Assembly (NCBI GenBank): GCA_963735925.1
Contig: CAVTMT010000005.1
Span: 59,402 to 123,401 of the forward strand
Reading direction: 5' to 3'
DNA: 64,000 nt
Origin: an uncultured bacterium
Lineage (GTDB): Bacteria > Verrucomicrobiota > Verrucomicrobiia > Limisphaerales > J093
Below, piece by piece: positions 1 to 9,476 of the stretch (its first letter is position 1; each line of letters begins with the position of its first letter). The translations under genes and the position numbers were made by a program. The notes under the pieces are model-generated. The model did no database searches. It was given only the letters and a program-made list of their open reading frames with translations, and was not told the origin of the DNA.

Positions 1-1
1 C

Positions 2-67
2 GTGCTCGACCGGCTGGCCCAACCGCAACGCCCGGTGGCGAGGCGCGTGGCGCCGCAGCCCGACTGA
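2..67 (+). CDS. 3' end of an upstream gene, possibly a NodU/SxtI-type carbamoyltransferase (partial)
   Basis: Open frame VLDRLAQPQRPVARRVAPQPD* ends at TGA 65-67. The product is inferred only from adjacency to an SxtJ-like gene. Confidence 0.3.
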   Translation: MLDRLAQPQRPVARRVAPQPD

Positions 68-69
68 AG

Positions 70-196
70 AACGCCAAGGCGCCCAGGCGCGGAGAGGAAA
101 TGACATGCAGTACTCAGAAGGAAGAAGTCGGAATTCAGAGGTCGCGATCTCGCGGACTCCAAAGCAGCCGGCTCGGCGGCCTCGCGTCTTGGCGGT
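70..196. repeat. Imperfect intergenic inverted repeat (REP-like)
   Basis: aacgccaaggcgcccaggcgcggag (70-94) resembles accgccaagacgcgaggccgccgag, the reverse complement of 172-196. Confidence 0.35.
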
Positions 197-208
197 AACA
201 GGCCGGCG

Positions 209-610
209 ATGAAACTGCGCCTTAAGGAAGACCCGCGGGAGTGGCGCAAGTTCGGGCTCAGCTCAAGCCTGGTTCTGGCGCTCCTCGTCGGCCTGCTGTG
301 GTGGCGCGGGAAGGTGTCGTCCGCGGAGGCCGTACCTGCTCTAAGCTGGCTGGCGCTGGTGGCTTTGCTGGCGGGCGTGCGGCCAGGTTGGTTCCGCACG
401 CCTTACCGGGTGGGCATGCGGGTGAGCCACTTCCTGGGCCGAATCGTCAGCCCGCTGATTCTCGGCCTCGTGTTCTTCCTGGTTGTGACCCCACTCGGAT
501 TGGTGATGCGCCTGCTGGGTAAAGATTTGCTGCGACTCCGGCGCAATCCGACCTCCGCGACGTACTGGCAGCCTGCGCGAAGCCACGGCGACCTGACGAA
601 GATGTTCTAA
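209..610 (+). CDS. SxtJ-family membrane protein
   Basis: WRKFG start, hydrophobic helices, and VFFLVVTPLGLVMRLLGKDLL...TYW...MF end typical of SxtJ-like proteins. Confidence 0.75.
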   Translation: MKLRLKEDPREWRKFGLSSSLVLALLVGLLWWRGKVSSAEAVPALSWLALVALLAGVRPGWFRTPYRVGMRVSHFLGRIVSPLILGLVFFLVVTPLGLVMRLLGKDLLRLRRNPTSATYWQPARSHGDLTKMF

Positions 611-766
611 CAACGCGGACCTTCACCGACACGACTGCGGCCGGTGTGCGTCAACGCTTCTGCCGGGCGGTGTGGTCGCCCTGAACCCGGCGCGTGCCCT
701 GGCACTGTCCGCCGCTCAGGCCCGGGGTTCCGAATCGAGCGCGCGGCCGGTCGGGCTTCTCCAGCG

Positions 767-1753
767 TCAAGCTCCCACGCCGGCGGTGGCGAGGAGCCAA
801 ACAGAGTGGGCTTCCGGAAGCAACGACACCGGACTGGAAGACGACGGCAGGAGGGCAAACTGCCCGGGGCGCAGGTCGAACTCCTGCCCACTGGCCGGGT
901 GGGCGGTTCGGACGTGGCCCGACACGACCCCCAAAACGGCCGGCCGGTCGTCTCTCCAAATTTGCCGCACGCCTTCCATAGCGCGGCTTTCGGTCACTTC
1001 GAACAGCGGGTCGTTGACCAGGCAGCGGCATTGGACCGCTCCCTCACGGCGCCATTCGGCCGGCAGCAAGTGTGGCTCGTGATCCTCGAAATCGATGCAC
1101 GCCAGCGCCTGCGAAACGTGCAATTCGCGCGGCTGTCCGTCGGCCCCGACGCGGTTCCAATCGAACACGCGGTAGGTGGTGTCGGAGTTCTGTTGAATCT
1201 CGAAGATGACCATGTTTGCCCCCAAGGCGTGAATCCGTCCGCTGGGCAGAAACATGGCGTCGCCGGCCCGCACCGGCACCTGGTGGATGCACCCGGCCAC
1301 CGTGCCGTCGCCGAGCCGGCGTTCGAGCTCGGATCGGGTCACGCCCGCCTTCAACCCGGCGCTCAATTGCGCGCCCGCCGCCGCGTGGGTGACGTACCAC
1401 ATCTCGGTTTTGGGTTCGCCGCCGAGGGACGCGGCGACCCGCGCCGGCGGGTGCACTTGCACGGACAGGATTTCGCGGGCGTCGAGAATCTTCACCAGCA
1501 GCGGAAACCGGTCGTGGGGCGCGGCGGCTGTGCCCATGACTTCAGCGCGGTGATGTTCCATCAACCACCGCAGATCCCGGCCGGCCAGCGGGCCATTGGC
1601 GATGACGCTGGCGTCGCCGGCACGGTCGCTGATTTCCCAGGATTCGCCGATCGGCACGGCGGGCGGCAGGGCCTTGCCATAGAGCGAGCCGAGCTTGCGG
1701 CCACCCCACAGGCGCGCTTTGAGGATGGGGGCGAAGAGGAGCGGGTAGAGCAT
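767..1753 (-). CDS. manA: Class I mannose-6-phosphate isomerase
   Basis: Motifs WGG, GESWE, FPLLVKILDA, LSVQVHP, KTEMWY, HALG, EIQQNSDTTYRVFDW. Confidence 0.9.
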   Translation of the reverse strand: MLYPLLFAPILKARLWGGRKLGSLYGKALPPAVPIGESWEISDRAGDASVIANGPLAGRDLRWLMEHHRAEVMGTAAAPHDRFPLLVKILDAREILSVQVHPPARVAASLGGEPKTEMWYVTHAAAGAQLSAGLKAGVTRSELERRLGDGTVAGCIHQVPVRAGDAMFLPSGRIHALGANMVIFEIQQNSDTTYRVFDWNRVGADGQPRELHVSQALACIDFEDHEPHLLPAEWRREGAVQCRCLVNDPLFEVTESRAMEGVRQIWRDDRPAVLGVVSGHVRTAHPASGQEFDLRPGQFALLPSSSSPVSLLPEAHSVWLLATAGVGA

Positions 1754-1825
1754 CGGAAAACCGCTGGAACGTGGGTGCCGTGGCCGGTCGCCAAGCTGGG
1801 TTGAGTCCGGCGGGACCGGCCGGCA

Positions 1826-2827
1826 TCAGGCGACCGGTGTGGGTACGGCGGGAGCCGCGGGTGGGGGGGCTTCCGCGAACGGTCCCATCGCCCGAAACTT
1901 GTCGTAACGGCGTTTCAGGAGTTCCGGCACCGACAATTCCGACAGTTCCTGCAAGTGCCGCCACAGATAAACCCTCAGCGTTTCGGAAGTAGTCTCCAGG
2001 TCGTTGTGCGCGCCGCCCACCGGCTCCGGCACAATTTCGTCCACCAGTTTGAGTTCGGCCAGTTCGCGGGCGGTGATCCGGAGTGCCTGGGCCGCCCGGG
2101 GGGCGGCGGATCGATCCTTCCAAAGAATGGCGGCACAACCTTCCGGGCTGATCACCGAGTAATAGGCGTTCTCGAGGATCAAAACGCGGTCGGCCACGCC
2201 CAGACCCAGCGCGCCGCCGGAACCGCCTTCGCCGATCACGGCCGCGACGATCGGCACCTCGAACAACGTCATCTCGCGCAGGTTCACGGCGATCGCTTCG
2301 GCGATATGCCGCTCTTCGGCGCCCACGCCGGGATACGCCCCGGCGGTGTCGATCAAGGTGATGATCGGCAGTCCGAACTTGTGGGCCAGGCGCATGAGGC
2401 GTAGCGCCTTGCGGTAGCCTTCCGGGTGGGCGGAGCCAAAATTGCGGAGAATGTTCTCTTTCGTGTCCCGCCCTTTCTGCGTGCCGATGACCATCACGCG
2501 CTCGCCTTGGAGCCGGGCGAAGCCGCCCACGATCGCACGGTCATCGGCAAAGGCCCGGTCGCCGTGCAGTTCCTCGAAATCGGCGAAGGTGGTGCGGAGG
2601 TAGTCCCTGCTGTAGGGCCGGCGGGGGTGCCGGGCGAGCTGGACGCGTTGCCAGGCGGTCAGATTCTCGAAAATCTCACGCCGGGTCTCCTCGAGCTTTC
2701 GCTCCATCAACGCGATCTCGTCCTCGAGGCTCAGCCCCAGAGAAGGCGTCTCCGCGTGGTGCCGCAGCTCCTCCAGCCGGCGCTGCAGTTCGACGATCGG
2801 CTTTTCGAATTCCAGGTGGTTTTTCAT
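1826..2827 (-). CDS. accA: Acetyl-CoA carboxylase carboxyltransferase alpha subunit
   Basis: MKNHLEFEKPI, ARHPRRP, ELHGDR, EGYRKALR, GEGGSGGAL, YSVISPEGCAAILW. Start placed at ATG 2827. Confidence 0.97.
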   Translation of the reverse strand: MKNHLEFEKPIVELQRRLEELRHHAETPSLGLSLEDEIALMERKLEETRREIFENLTAWQRVQLARHPRRPYSRDYLRTTFADFEELHGDRAFADDRAIVGGFARLQGERVMVIGTQKGRDTKENILRNFGSAHPEGYRKALRLMRLAHKFGLPIITLIDTAGAYPGVGAEERHIAEAIAVNLREMTLFEVPIVAAVIGEGGSGGALGLGVADRVLILENAYYSVISPEGCAAILWKDRSAAPRAAQALRITARELAELKLVDEIVPEPVGGAHNDLETTSETLRVYLWRHLQELSELSVPELLKRRYDKFRAMGPFAEAPPPAAPAVPTPVA

Positions 2828-3297
2828 GCAACACCGGGGCGCCGCGGCCCCGCATACCTTCGGTGAAACTAGGCCGGCCGCGGCGCCTCGGCAACGGCGA
2901 ATTCCGCCGGCGAAACGGCGGCTGGATGCCGCCGCCGCCCGGTCCTGCGCGGGCACCGCCGAGCCGGCGGACTGCATAAATAAACTGCAAGATGTACATA
3001 AACAAAATTTGCAATTTGTCCGTTGCGGGCTAGCTTCCGCAAAAGCAAAGACGGCGCGTAAGCGCATGCTCCCATGAACGGACACAACATCTGAAGAACG
3101 GCCTCCCGGCTGGCCCGGACCCGTTCCGGAGACACGGCGGGACTGGGATCCGGCGTTGCGAGCGGGCTCCGGATGTGTCCGGCGCCCGCCCACGCGCAAG
3201 CCGATCCGGCGAAGCCGAGCCCGACGAAAAACCCGGCCGCCCCGAACCGCCAGGCTGCAAACGGAGGATTCAGGTCGCGGCGTACTCCAAGACCCTC

Positions 3298-5028
3298 ATG
3301 ACCACCAGATCCCTCATCGAAAAGGCCACCGCCCTGGCGGCCAGGACGTACAAGCTCGAGAAACCTCATGTCGTGGACCGCAGCGACGCGATCCACCCAG
3401 CCACGGGAAAACCGATTCACCGTTTCCGAATCGTCAGCGCGGCCAACGCCAACGGTCCGGCCTTCATGCTGGTGCTCGACGATCGCGGCGAAGCCCTGGC
3501 GGACGCCCCTTCGCTCCTGTCCCTGTTCGAGCGAACCGTGCTTACCCCAACGGGCCTCCCGACCGGGACCGGCCTGGCAGCGGCGCCCATCACCGTTCAG
3601 CCGGACACCAACGTGCTCACGTTGAACCCGGGTCAGACGCTGGACGAAACCATCACGGTGACCGTCCCGAAGAGCGCCGGGCCCGCCAAGGTGGACGTGT
3701 ACTTTCTGGCCGATACCACCGCGTCGATGGGGAGCATTCTCAACGCCGTCCAGACCGGGGCGAACAACGTGCTGCTCGCGCTCAATGGTTTGGGAGCGGA
3801 CATGGTTTTCGGCGTGGGGAATTACAAGGACTTCCTGTCTGGCGACCCTTTCGCTTTCCAACACCAAGTGAGTCCGACGAACGTGGTGGCCACGGTCACG
3901 GCTGCGATCAACAGTTGGTCGCCGACCGGTGGCGGTGACACGCCGGAAGCCGCCCTGTTCGCGCTCGACAGTCTCGCGGTACCCCCGGGCGGGACCGTCG
4001 GTTGGCGGGCGGGCAGCAAACGCCTCATTGTCTGGTTCGGAGACGCCCCTTCCCACGATCCCATTTGCCCGGCGGCCTCGGGCGCGGCGGTGGCGGTCAC
4101 GGAAGCGAGCGCGACGGCGAAACTGGTGGCCGAGGGCATCGCGGTGCTCGCCATCTCGACGGCCACCCCCGGTCTGGACGATGATCCCACGCTGAGCGGC
4201 GGAGGTTACGCGGCGGCCTGCGGTGCGCCTGGCGGCCTGGCGGGACAGGGAACCCGCATTGCCACCCAGACCGGCGGGCAGTTCGTCACCGGCATCAATG
4301 CCGGCAATATCGTTAATACGATCATCAGCCTGGTGAAAGGCGCAGTCGGCGGCATCCAGAACCTGAAACTCGTGCCGTCGAGCACCATCGCACCGGTCGT
4401 CACCTCGATTACTCCCGCCACCGGCTACGGTCCGCTGGCCGCCGATCAGGAACACGTTCTCAAGTTCGAGGTCCGCTTCACCGGCCTGCCGTGCAAGGCG
4501 GAGGCTCAAGTCATCACCGGAACACTGGACGTGGTCGCCGACGGCTCGGTGGTGGCGGCCAAGCGGGTACAGATCACCATCCCGCCCTGTCCGGGCATCG
4601 TCTATGCAGCGAAGTTCGTCTGCGGCGTCCAACCCGCTTGCGAATGCAGTTGCGGGCCGGTGGTCCCCGGCCACTACGCCACCGAGATCAACATCCACAA
4701 CTACTCGCTCAAAGAGGTGACGATCCGTAAGCGGTTCGTGCCGCTGGTCCTCGCCGGCGCTCCCGTCGGACGCGAACCGCGGGTCGCCGCCCCGCGCGCC
4801 GAAGACAAGATCGTCCTGCCCCGGCAGACCGCCACCTTCGACGATTGCTGCCGCATCGTCGCGCTCCTGTTGGGTGGGACGCCGCCTTCGCCGATGCCCC
4901 TCCTCATCGGCTATCTTGAAATCACGGCCAGTGCGGAGGTCGCGGTGACGGCCGTGTACACCGCCAGTGGTCTCAAGGCCGGCGGCGTCTCCATCGAAGT
5001 CGTGCAGGTCACCGGTCGGCGTCTCTAA
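3298..5028 (+). CDS. vWA-domain protein with integrin-beta-like hybrid/vWA head and Cys-containing C-terminal domain
   Basis: MIDAS-like DVYFLADTTASM, GGGDTPEA and GWRAGSKRLIVWFGDAPSHD. The C-terminal YAAKFVCG...DDCCRI domain is shared with the next gene. Start ATG 3298. Confidence 0.8.
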   Translation: MTTRSLIEKATALAARTYKLEKPHVVDRSDAIHPATGKPIHRFRIVSAANANGPAFMLVLDDRGEALADAPSLLSLFERTVLTPTGLPTGTGLAAAPITVQPDTNVLTLNPGQTLDETITVTVPKSAGPAKVDVYFLADTTASMGSILNAVQTGANNVLLALNGLGADMVFGVGNYKDFLSGDPFAFQHQVSPTNVVATVTAAINSWSPTGGGDTPEAALFALDSLAVPPGGTVGWRAGSKRLIVWFGDAPSHDPICPAASGAAVAVTEASATAKLVAEGIAVLAISTATPGLDDDPTLSGGGYAAACGAPGGLAGQGTRIATQTGGQFVTGINAGNIVNTIISLVKGAVGGIQNLKLVPSSTIAPVVTSITPATGYGPLAADQEHVLKFEVRFTGLPCKAEAQVITGTLDVVADGSVVAAKRVQITIPPCPGIVYAAKFVCGVQPACECSCGPVVPGHYATEINIHNYSLKEVTIRKRFVPLVLAGAPVGREPRVAAPRAEDKIVLPRQTATFDDCCRIVALLLGGTPPSPMPLLIGYLEITASAEVAVTAVYTASGLKAGGVSIEVVQVTGRRL

Positions 5029-5057
5029 TTCACGCGCATTCAAAAAGGAATCCCGCC

Positions 5058-8000
5058 ATGTCCCATATCACCGGCACCGTCCAGGTCCTCGCTTCGCCCC
5101 AGACCATTGGGCCCGGGACCACTCTCTTCAACCCGCCCCCCGCTCCTGGGGGGACGAAACTGCTCATGCTGCACTTTCGGAACCCGGACTTCCGCCCGGG
5201 CGACCAGTTGCAGGTCAGCCTGGGCTATGACGTGGACACCTTCACCGCCGCCGATGGTCCGGAGTTCTGGACCCGCCCGATCAATGTGTACGCGTTCCCG
5301 GCCGGGGTGCCCGTCACCTACATTCCGGCCGGTCCACCCACCGGCAGCGTGCAACTGTTCGAATACGGGCGGGGAGAACGGCACCTGGCCGTGCCCGATC
5401 CCGGCCATTCCAGTTTCTCGAACTGCGACCCTTTCTATCAAGCGCCGGCCTACACGGAGCCGACCTACGATCCCTTCTGGTACTGCACGGAGCCGCCCGA
5501 CTGGGAGAACGTTGCCTGCACCACCCCGCCCACGGATGTCCGCGCCCGCGTCGCGCGCAGCGTCGGCATGATCCTGACGGTGGATACCCAGGCCGGCGTC
5601 CGGGGACTCTCCACCTGCTCCGTGACGTTGGTGGACGCGGACAAGGTCCTCACCGCCGGACACTGCCACACGCCGGAGGAGGCGCTGAGCAGCTCCGTCA
5701 TTTTCGACTATCAAACCGAATGCGACGGGAGCCGTCCGCCCGGCTACAATCCGCGGTTCTACAAGGTCAAGGCGGTGCTGGCGCACCACTATGATGGGGT
5801 GGGCGACTTCAGTCTGCTGCAGCTTGCCGAGGCCCCTGCCGGCATTCCCGCCATTCAAATGCGGCACGACCTGCCGACCGCTCCCTCCGGGGCGACGCCG
5901 GGCGAAGCCGTGTTCGGCATCCATCATCCCAATGGCGCCGTCAAGAAGCTCTCCCTGCCGCACGCGGAGGGATTTGCCCGGGTCGAGAGCAGCAGTCCGG
6001 CCGGCATCACGGTGCCCACCACCGTCGATGTCTCCGGCGGGAGTTCCGGCTCCGGCTTGTTCGACGCGGCGGGACGCATTGTCGGGGTGCTCTCCAACGG
6101 CGATCCCTGCCACGGCGGGAGGCTGAGCTATTTCCCGACGGCGACGATCCTGAGCGTGATCGCGCCCGCGCCGCCGCCGCCGCTGGTCCGCGACGTCATG
6201 CTGGTGTTCGACCGCTCCGGGAGCATGTCAATGGACGATGGTACGGGGCGCTCGAAGGTCGAAGCCGCGCGCGATGCCGTATCGCTGTTCGTGCAACTGG
6301 TGCGGGCCGGCACCGGGAATCGCGCCGGACTCGTTTCCTTCAGTACCGCGGCCAGTTCGCCCGTGGACTTCGGCATCGCCAACGTCACCGCGGGCCCGGG
6401 GGGCACGAAGACGGCACTGATCGGACCCGCGCCGTATTCCACCGGCGTGGTCGGTGGGTTGTTGCCCGCCGGCGCCACGTCGATCGGCGACGGGCTGAAG
6501 GCGGCGCAGTCGCAGTTCCCCGTCCCCGGCGGCAATCCGCGAGCCATCCTGCTGCTGACCGACGGTCTGGAGAACACCCCGCCAATGGTGGCGGGCCTCG
6601 AATCCGCGCACACGCTGGACGGCATCACGGTCCACGCGATCGGATTCGGCACGGAGACCAGTTTGGATGGTGCGTTGCTCACCGCGCTCACGGCCGCGCA
6701 TGGCGGCGTTTACATGCGCGCCGGTGGCGGCCTGGCACTCGAGAAGTTCTTCTCGCACGCCTTCGGAAACATCTTCGAAGCCGGCATCCTGCTCGATCCG
6801 GAGTTTGGGCTCCCCGCCAATCAGTCGTCGGGCAAGCCGGTCCCCTTCCGCGTCTGCGGCGAGGAGACGCTCACTGCGGTCGCCGGTTGGGATCGCACGG
6901 ATGCGGCGTTGTTCCTCCAGGCAACCACGCCGGGGGGAACGGTGATCACCGGAGCAACCCCCGGCGTGGAGACGGCGTCGGGACGAACCTGGACCTTTCT
7001 CCGAATCCCGCTCCCGATCGGTGGCGAACGCGATGGATTGTGGAGCGTCAACGTGGTCCGGCCGGGTGGCGGCGGAGAATTTCCACCGCCCGCGCCGGCG
7101 CTCCGTTATTTCCTCAATGTGATCCCGACGGGCGGCCCGCTCATGACCCGGCTACCCGATCCGAAGCGCTACTACACCGGCGACACGATCAATCCCGTCG
7201 TCCTCGTGCGGCACGACAACGGCGGCTGGCCGGACGGCATGGCGGCGTCCTTGACGATCACGCGCCCCGATGCCGGCGCGGGCAACCTCTTGAGCGCCGC
7301 CGGTCTCGGCGCTCCCGGGACGCTGGACGCCGATGGCATTCCCGCCCGCCAGGCGACCTTGCAGGCTCTGGAGCAGGCGCAGGGCAAACCCTTGATCCGC
7401 TATACGGAAACGACGATCGACCTGCGCGATGACTCCGAGAATACGCGCGGCAGCTTCGAGGCTACCGCGACGTTCGGCCGAGTGTTGCCGGACCTGCTGA
7501 CCGTCGAGGGCAACTACACCTTCCATGCCAAGGCGACGTACGGCGGGGATTGCTCCGGCATGCGAGAGCTGACGTGGTCCGTTTACGTGGAGGTCGGCAT
7601 CGATCCCGGCCGGACCACTGTCACCTCGACGCCGCTGCCCGCCACTCCGGGTGGCGTGCGCGTCACGTTCACGCCGCGCGACAAGTACGGCAATCTGCTG
7701 GGCCCCGGCCGGCTGGGCGCGTTCACGCTCGAACCGCGGCCCGGGAGCACGCCCACAGGCCCGGTGACCGACCTCGGCAACGGCTCCTATCAGGTCGATG
7801 TCGTCTCCGATCCGGCTTCCCTCGAACCACCGGGATTCGGCATCGTGCAACCCGGCCGGCCGGCGGTGGGACTCACCGTGCCGGACTTCAAGCTGTTCGT
7901 TTATAGCGTGAAGTTCGTGTGTGGCGAACAAGCCGGCGACGGCTGTGGCTGCGCACCCGTGCGGCCGGGCCGGTACGCCACGGAGATCAATATTCTCAAC

Positions 8001-8333
8001 TCCGGCGACAAAGAGGCACCGGTCCTCAAGGGCGTGGTCCCCTTGGTATTGGCGGGCGCGGTTTCCGGCCGCGAACCGGCATCCCGGGGCGTGGCGGCCT
8101 CCGAAGTCATCCGGCTGCCCGCGCACTCGGCGACGATGGACGATTGCTGTCGCATTCTGGAGCTGGCCCTCGGCGCACCGCCGGCGGGGCCGGTACCGCT
8201 GACCATTGGCATCCTGGAAGTCATCAGCACCGTTCAACTCAGCGTCACGGCCGTGTACACCGCCAGCGACGGCAGCGGCGCCGCGCCGTCGATCGACGTG
8301 CAACCGATCGGGCCACGGTTGTTGACGGTCTGA
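5058..8333 (+). CDS. Trypsin-like serine protease fused to vWA and beta-sandwich domains, with the shared C-terminal domain
   Basis: Catalytic triad in LTAGHC, GDFSLLQL and GGSSGSGLF. vWA motifs DVMLVFDRSGSM, TSIGDGL and ILLLTDGLEN. RBS AAGGA upstream. Confidence 0.85.
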   Translation: MSHITGTVQVLASPQTIGPGTTLFNPPPAPGGTKLLMLHFRNPDFRPGDQLQVSLGYDVDTFTAADGPEFWTRPINVYAFPAGVPVTYIPAGPPTGSVQLFEYGRGERHLAVPDPGHSSFSNCDPFYQAPAYTEPTYDPFWYCTEPPDWENVACTTPPTDVRARVARSVGMILTVDTQAGVRGLSTCSVTLVDADKVLTAGHCHTPEEALSSSVIFDYQTECDGSRPPGYNPRFYKVKAVLAHHYDGVGDFSLLQLAEAPAGIPAIQMRHDLPTAPSGATPGEAVFGIHHPNGAVKKLSLPHAEGFARVESSSPAGITVPTTVDVSGGSSGSGLFDAAGRIVGVLSNGDPCHGGRLSYFPTATILSVIAPAPPPPLVRDVMLVFDRSGSMSMDDGTGRSKVEAARDAVSLFVQLVRAGTGNRAGLVSFSTAASSPVDFGIANVTAGPGGTKTALIGPAPYSTGVVGGLLPAGATSIGDGLKAAQSQFPVPGGNPRAILLLTDGLENTPPMVAGLESAHTLDGITVHAIGFGTETSLDGALLTALTAAHGGVYMRAGGGLALEKFFSHAFGNIFEAGILLDPEFGLPANQSSGKPVPFRVCGEETLTAVAGWDRTDAALFLQATTPGGTVITGATPGVETASGRTWTFLRIPLPIGGERDGLWSVNVVRPGGGGEFPPPAPALRYFLNVIPTGGPLMTRLPDPKRYYTGDTINPVVLVRHDNGGWPDGMAASLTITRPDAGAGNLLSAAGLGAPGTLDADGIPARQATLQALEQAQGKPLIRYTETTIDLRDDSENTRGSFEATATFGRVLPDLLTVEGNYTFHAKATYGGDCSGMRELTWSVYVEVGIDPGRTTVTSTPLPATPGGVRVTFTPRDKYGNLLGPGRLGAFTLEPRPGSTPTGPVTDLGNGSYQVDVVSDPASLEPPGFGIVQPGRPAVGLTVPDFKLFVYSVKFVCGEQAGDGCGCAPVRPGRYATEINILNSGDKEAPVLKGVVPLVLAGAVSGREPASRGVAASEVIRLPAHSATMDDCCRILELALGAPPAGPVPLTIGILEVISTVQLSVTAVYTASDGSGAAPSIDVQPIGPRLLTV

Positions 8334-8529
8334 CCGGCCAAAGACCGGCGATCGGAAACGGCAAGGGCTGACAGCCGAATCAGTCGGGTCGGTCGCGACC
8401 AGCGTTTGGTTGACGATCGACCTACCCCTTCGCCGGGATCGGAAGGCCCGATCGCCGGCGGCGCACTGTGGTGTTTCTGTTGGCGGTTCGCCAACCGGTG
8501 GGAGGGCCGACCTCGCCGCCGGCACGCGA

Positions 8530-9402
8530 CTACCGGCCGCGCGACTTTCCAGCGAGTGCCTTCAGGACGCCTTGCATCCAATCCACGCTCCGGCGGGTGT
8601 TTTCTTCCGTGCCGCTGCATTCGAGCGAAACCACGCCCTCCCAACCGGTGCCGTGCAAGTAATCCATGCAGGCCCGGATGTGGTCGGCATTCACGCCGCC
8701 TCCGACGAAGACTTCCGAGCTGCCGATGCCGGTCTCCTCGCCGCGCGCCGCCGCGGCCAGCGCCGGACTGACGTCCTTGATGTGGCAATGGACGATGTAT
8801 TTGCGCAGCGCCCGGCAGTAGTCCAGCGGGTTGTGCCCGGCGATGAACGTGTTGCCCGTGTCGAAATTGCAGCGCAGCCACTCGGACTCGAAATACGCGA
8901 AGAGCCGCTGCATGAAATCCAGGTCGTTGGTGTACGGCCCGTGCGGTTCCACGTTGATGATGACCCGGTAGTCCTCGGCCCAGGCGAGGCACTGCCGGTA
9001 GTTGTCGCACGTGATGCGGAATACCTCCTCGCGGCTCAGGCCGGGCGTCTCGAACGCCCCGTCCACCGTATCGACCATCGGACAACCCAGTTCTGCGGCG
9101 AAGCGGATCGTCTGCGTGACGTATTGCACGCCGAAGGCGGAGCCGTTGGGCCCCATCATCGGATACGAGCCGTCGATCTGCGACACCTGAAGTCTCAACT
9201 GCTCGAGGAAACGGCGGATGGCCCGCGGGTTCGACTGCAGCGAAACGCCCGGATCGTAGCCGAGCGCCGCAATGAAGTTCTGGCCGTGGATGGCGCAAAA
9301 CTCGAGGTGCTCCAGGCCGGTGGCGGCGATCTTCTGGCAGGCGGCTTCGAAGCCCACGCTGAGCGGACGCCAGTTGTCCGCGTGAATGCCTAGGTGAATC
9401 AT
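8530..9402 (-). CDS. Sugar phosphate isomerase/epimerase family (xylose-isomerase-like TIM barrel)
   Basis: Metal-ligand pattern INVEPHG, NFDTGN, HCHIKD, VSLEC. Confidence 0.85.
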   Translation of the reverse strand: MIHLGIHADNWRPLSVGFEAACQKIAATGLEHLEFCAIHGQNFIAALGYDPGVSLQSNPRAIRRFLEQLRLQVSQIDGSYPMMGPNGSAFGVQYVTQTIRFAAELGCPMVDTVDGAFETPGLSREEVFRITCDNYRQCLAWAEDYRVIINVEPHGPYTNDLDFMQRLFAYFESEWLRCNFDTGNTFIAGHNPLDYCRALRKYIVHCHIKDVSPALAAAARGEETGIGSSEVFVGGGVNADHIRACMDYLHGTGWEGVVSLECSGTEENTRRSVDWMQGVLKALAGKSRGR

Positions 9403-9476
9403 CCGCTCCGTCTAAGCCGGTCCAGCGTCGCGGTCAAGCGTGACAACGTCGGCGACGCCGACCTAGCCTGTCCGGC

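Noticed and set aside
209-610. Saxitoxin biosynthesis cluster
   Set aside because: SxtJ-like genes are widespread next to carbamoyltransferases, and no other sxt genes are in the window.
2869-5043. 724-aa minus-strand ORF and similar long antisense ORFs (e.g. 38048-39931, 41684-43213, 46165-47703)
   Set aside because: Shadow frames of GC-rich genes on the opposite strand, with no recognisable motifs.
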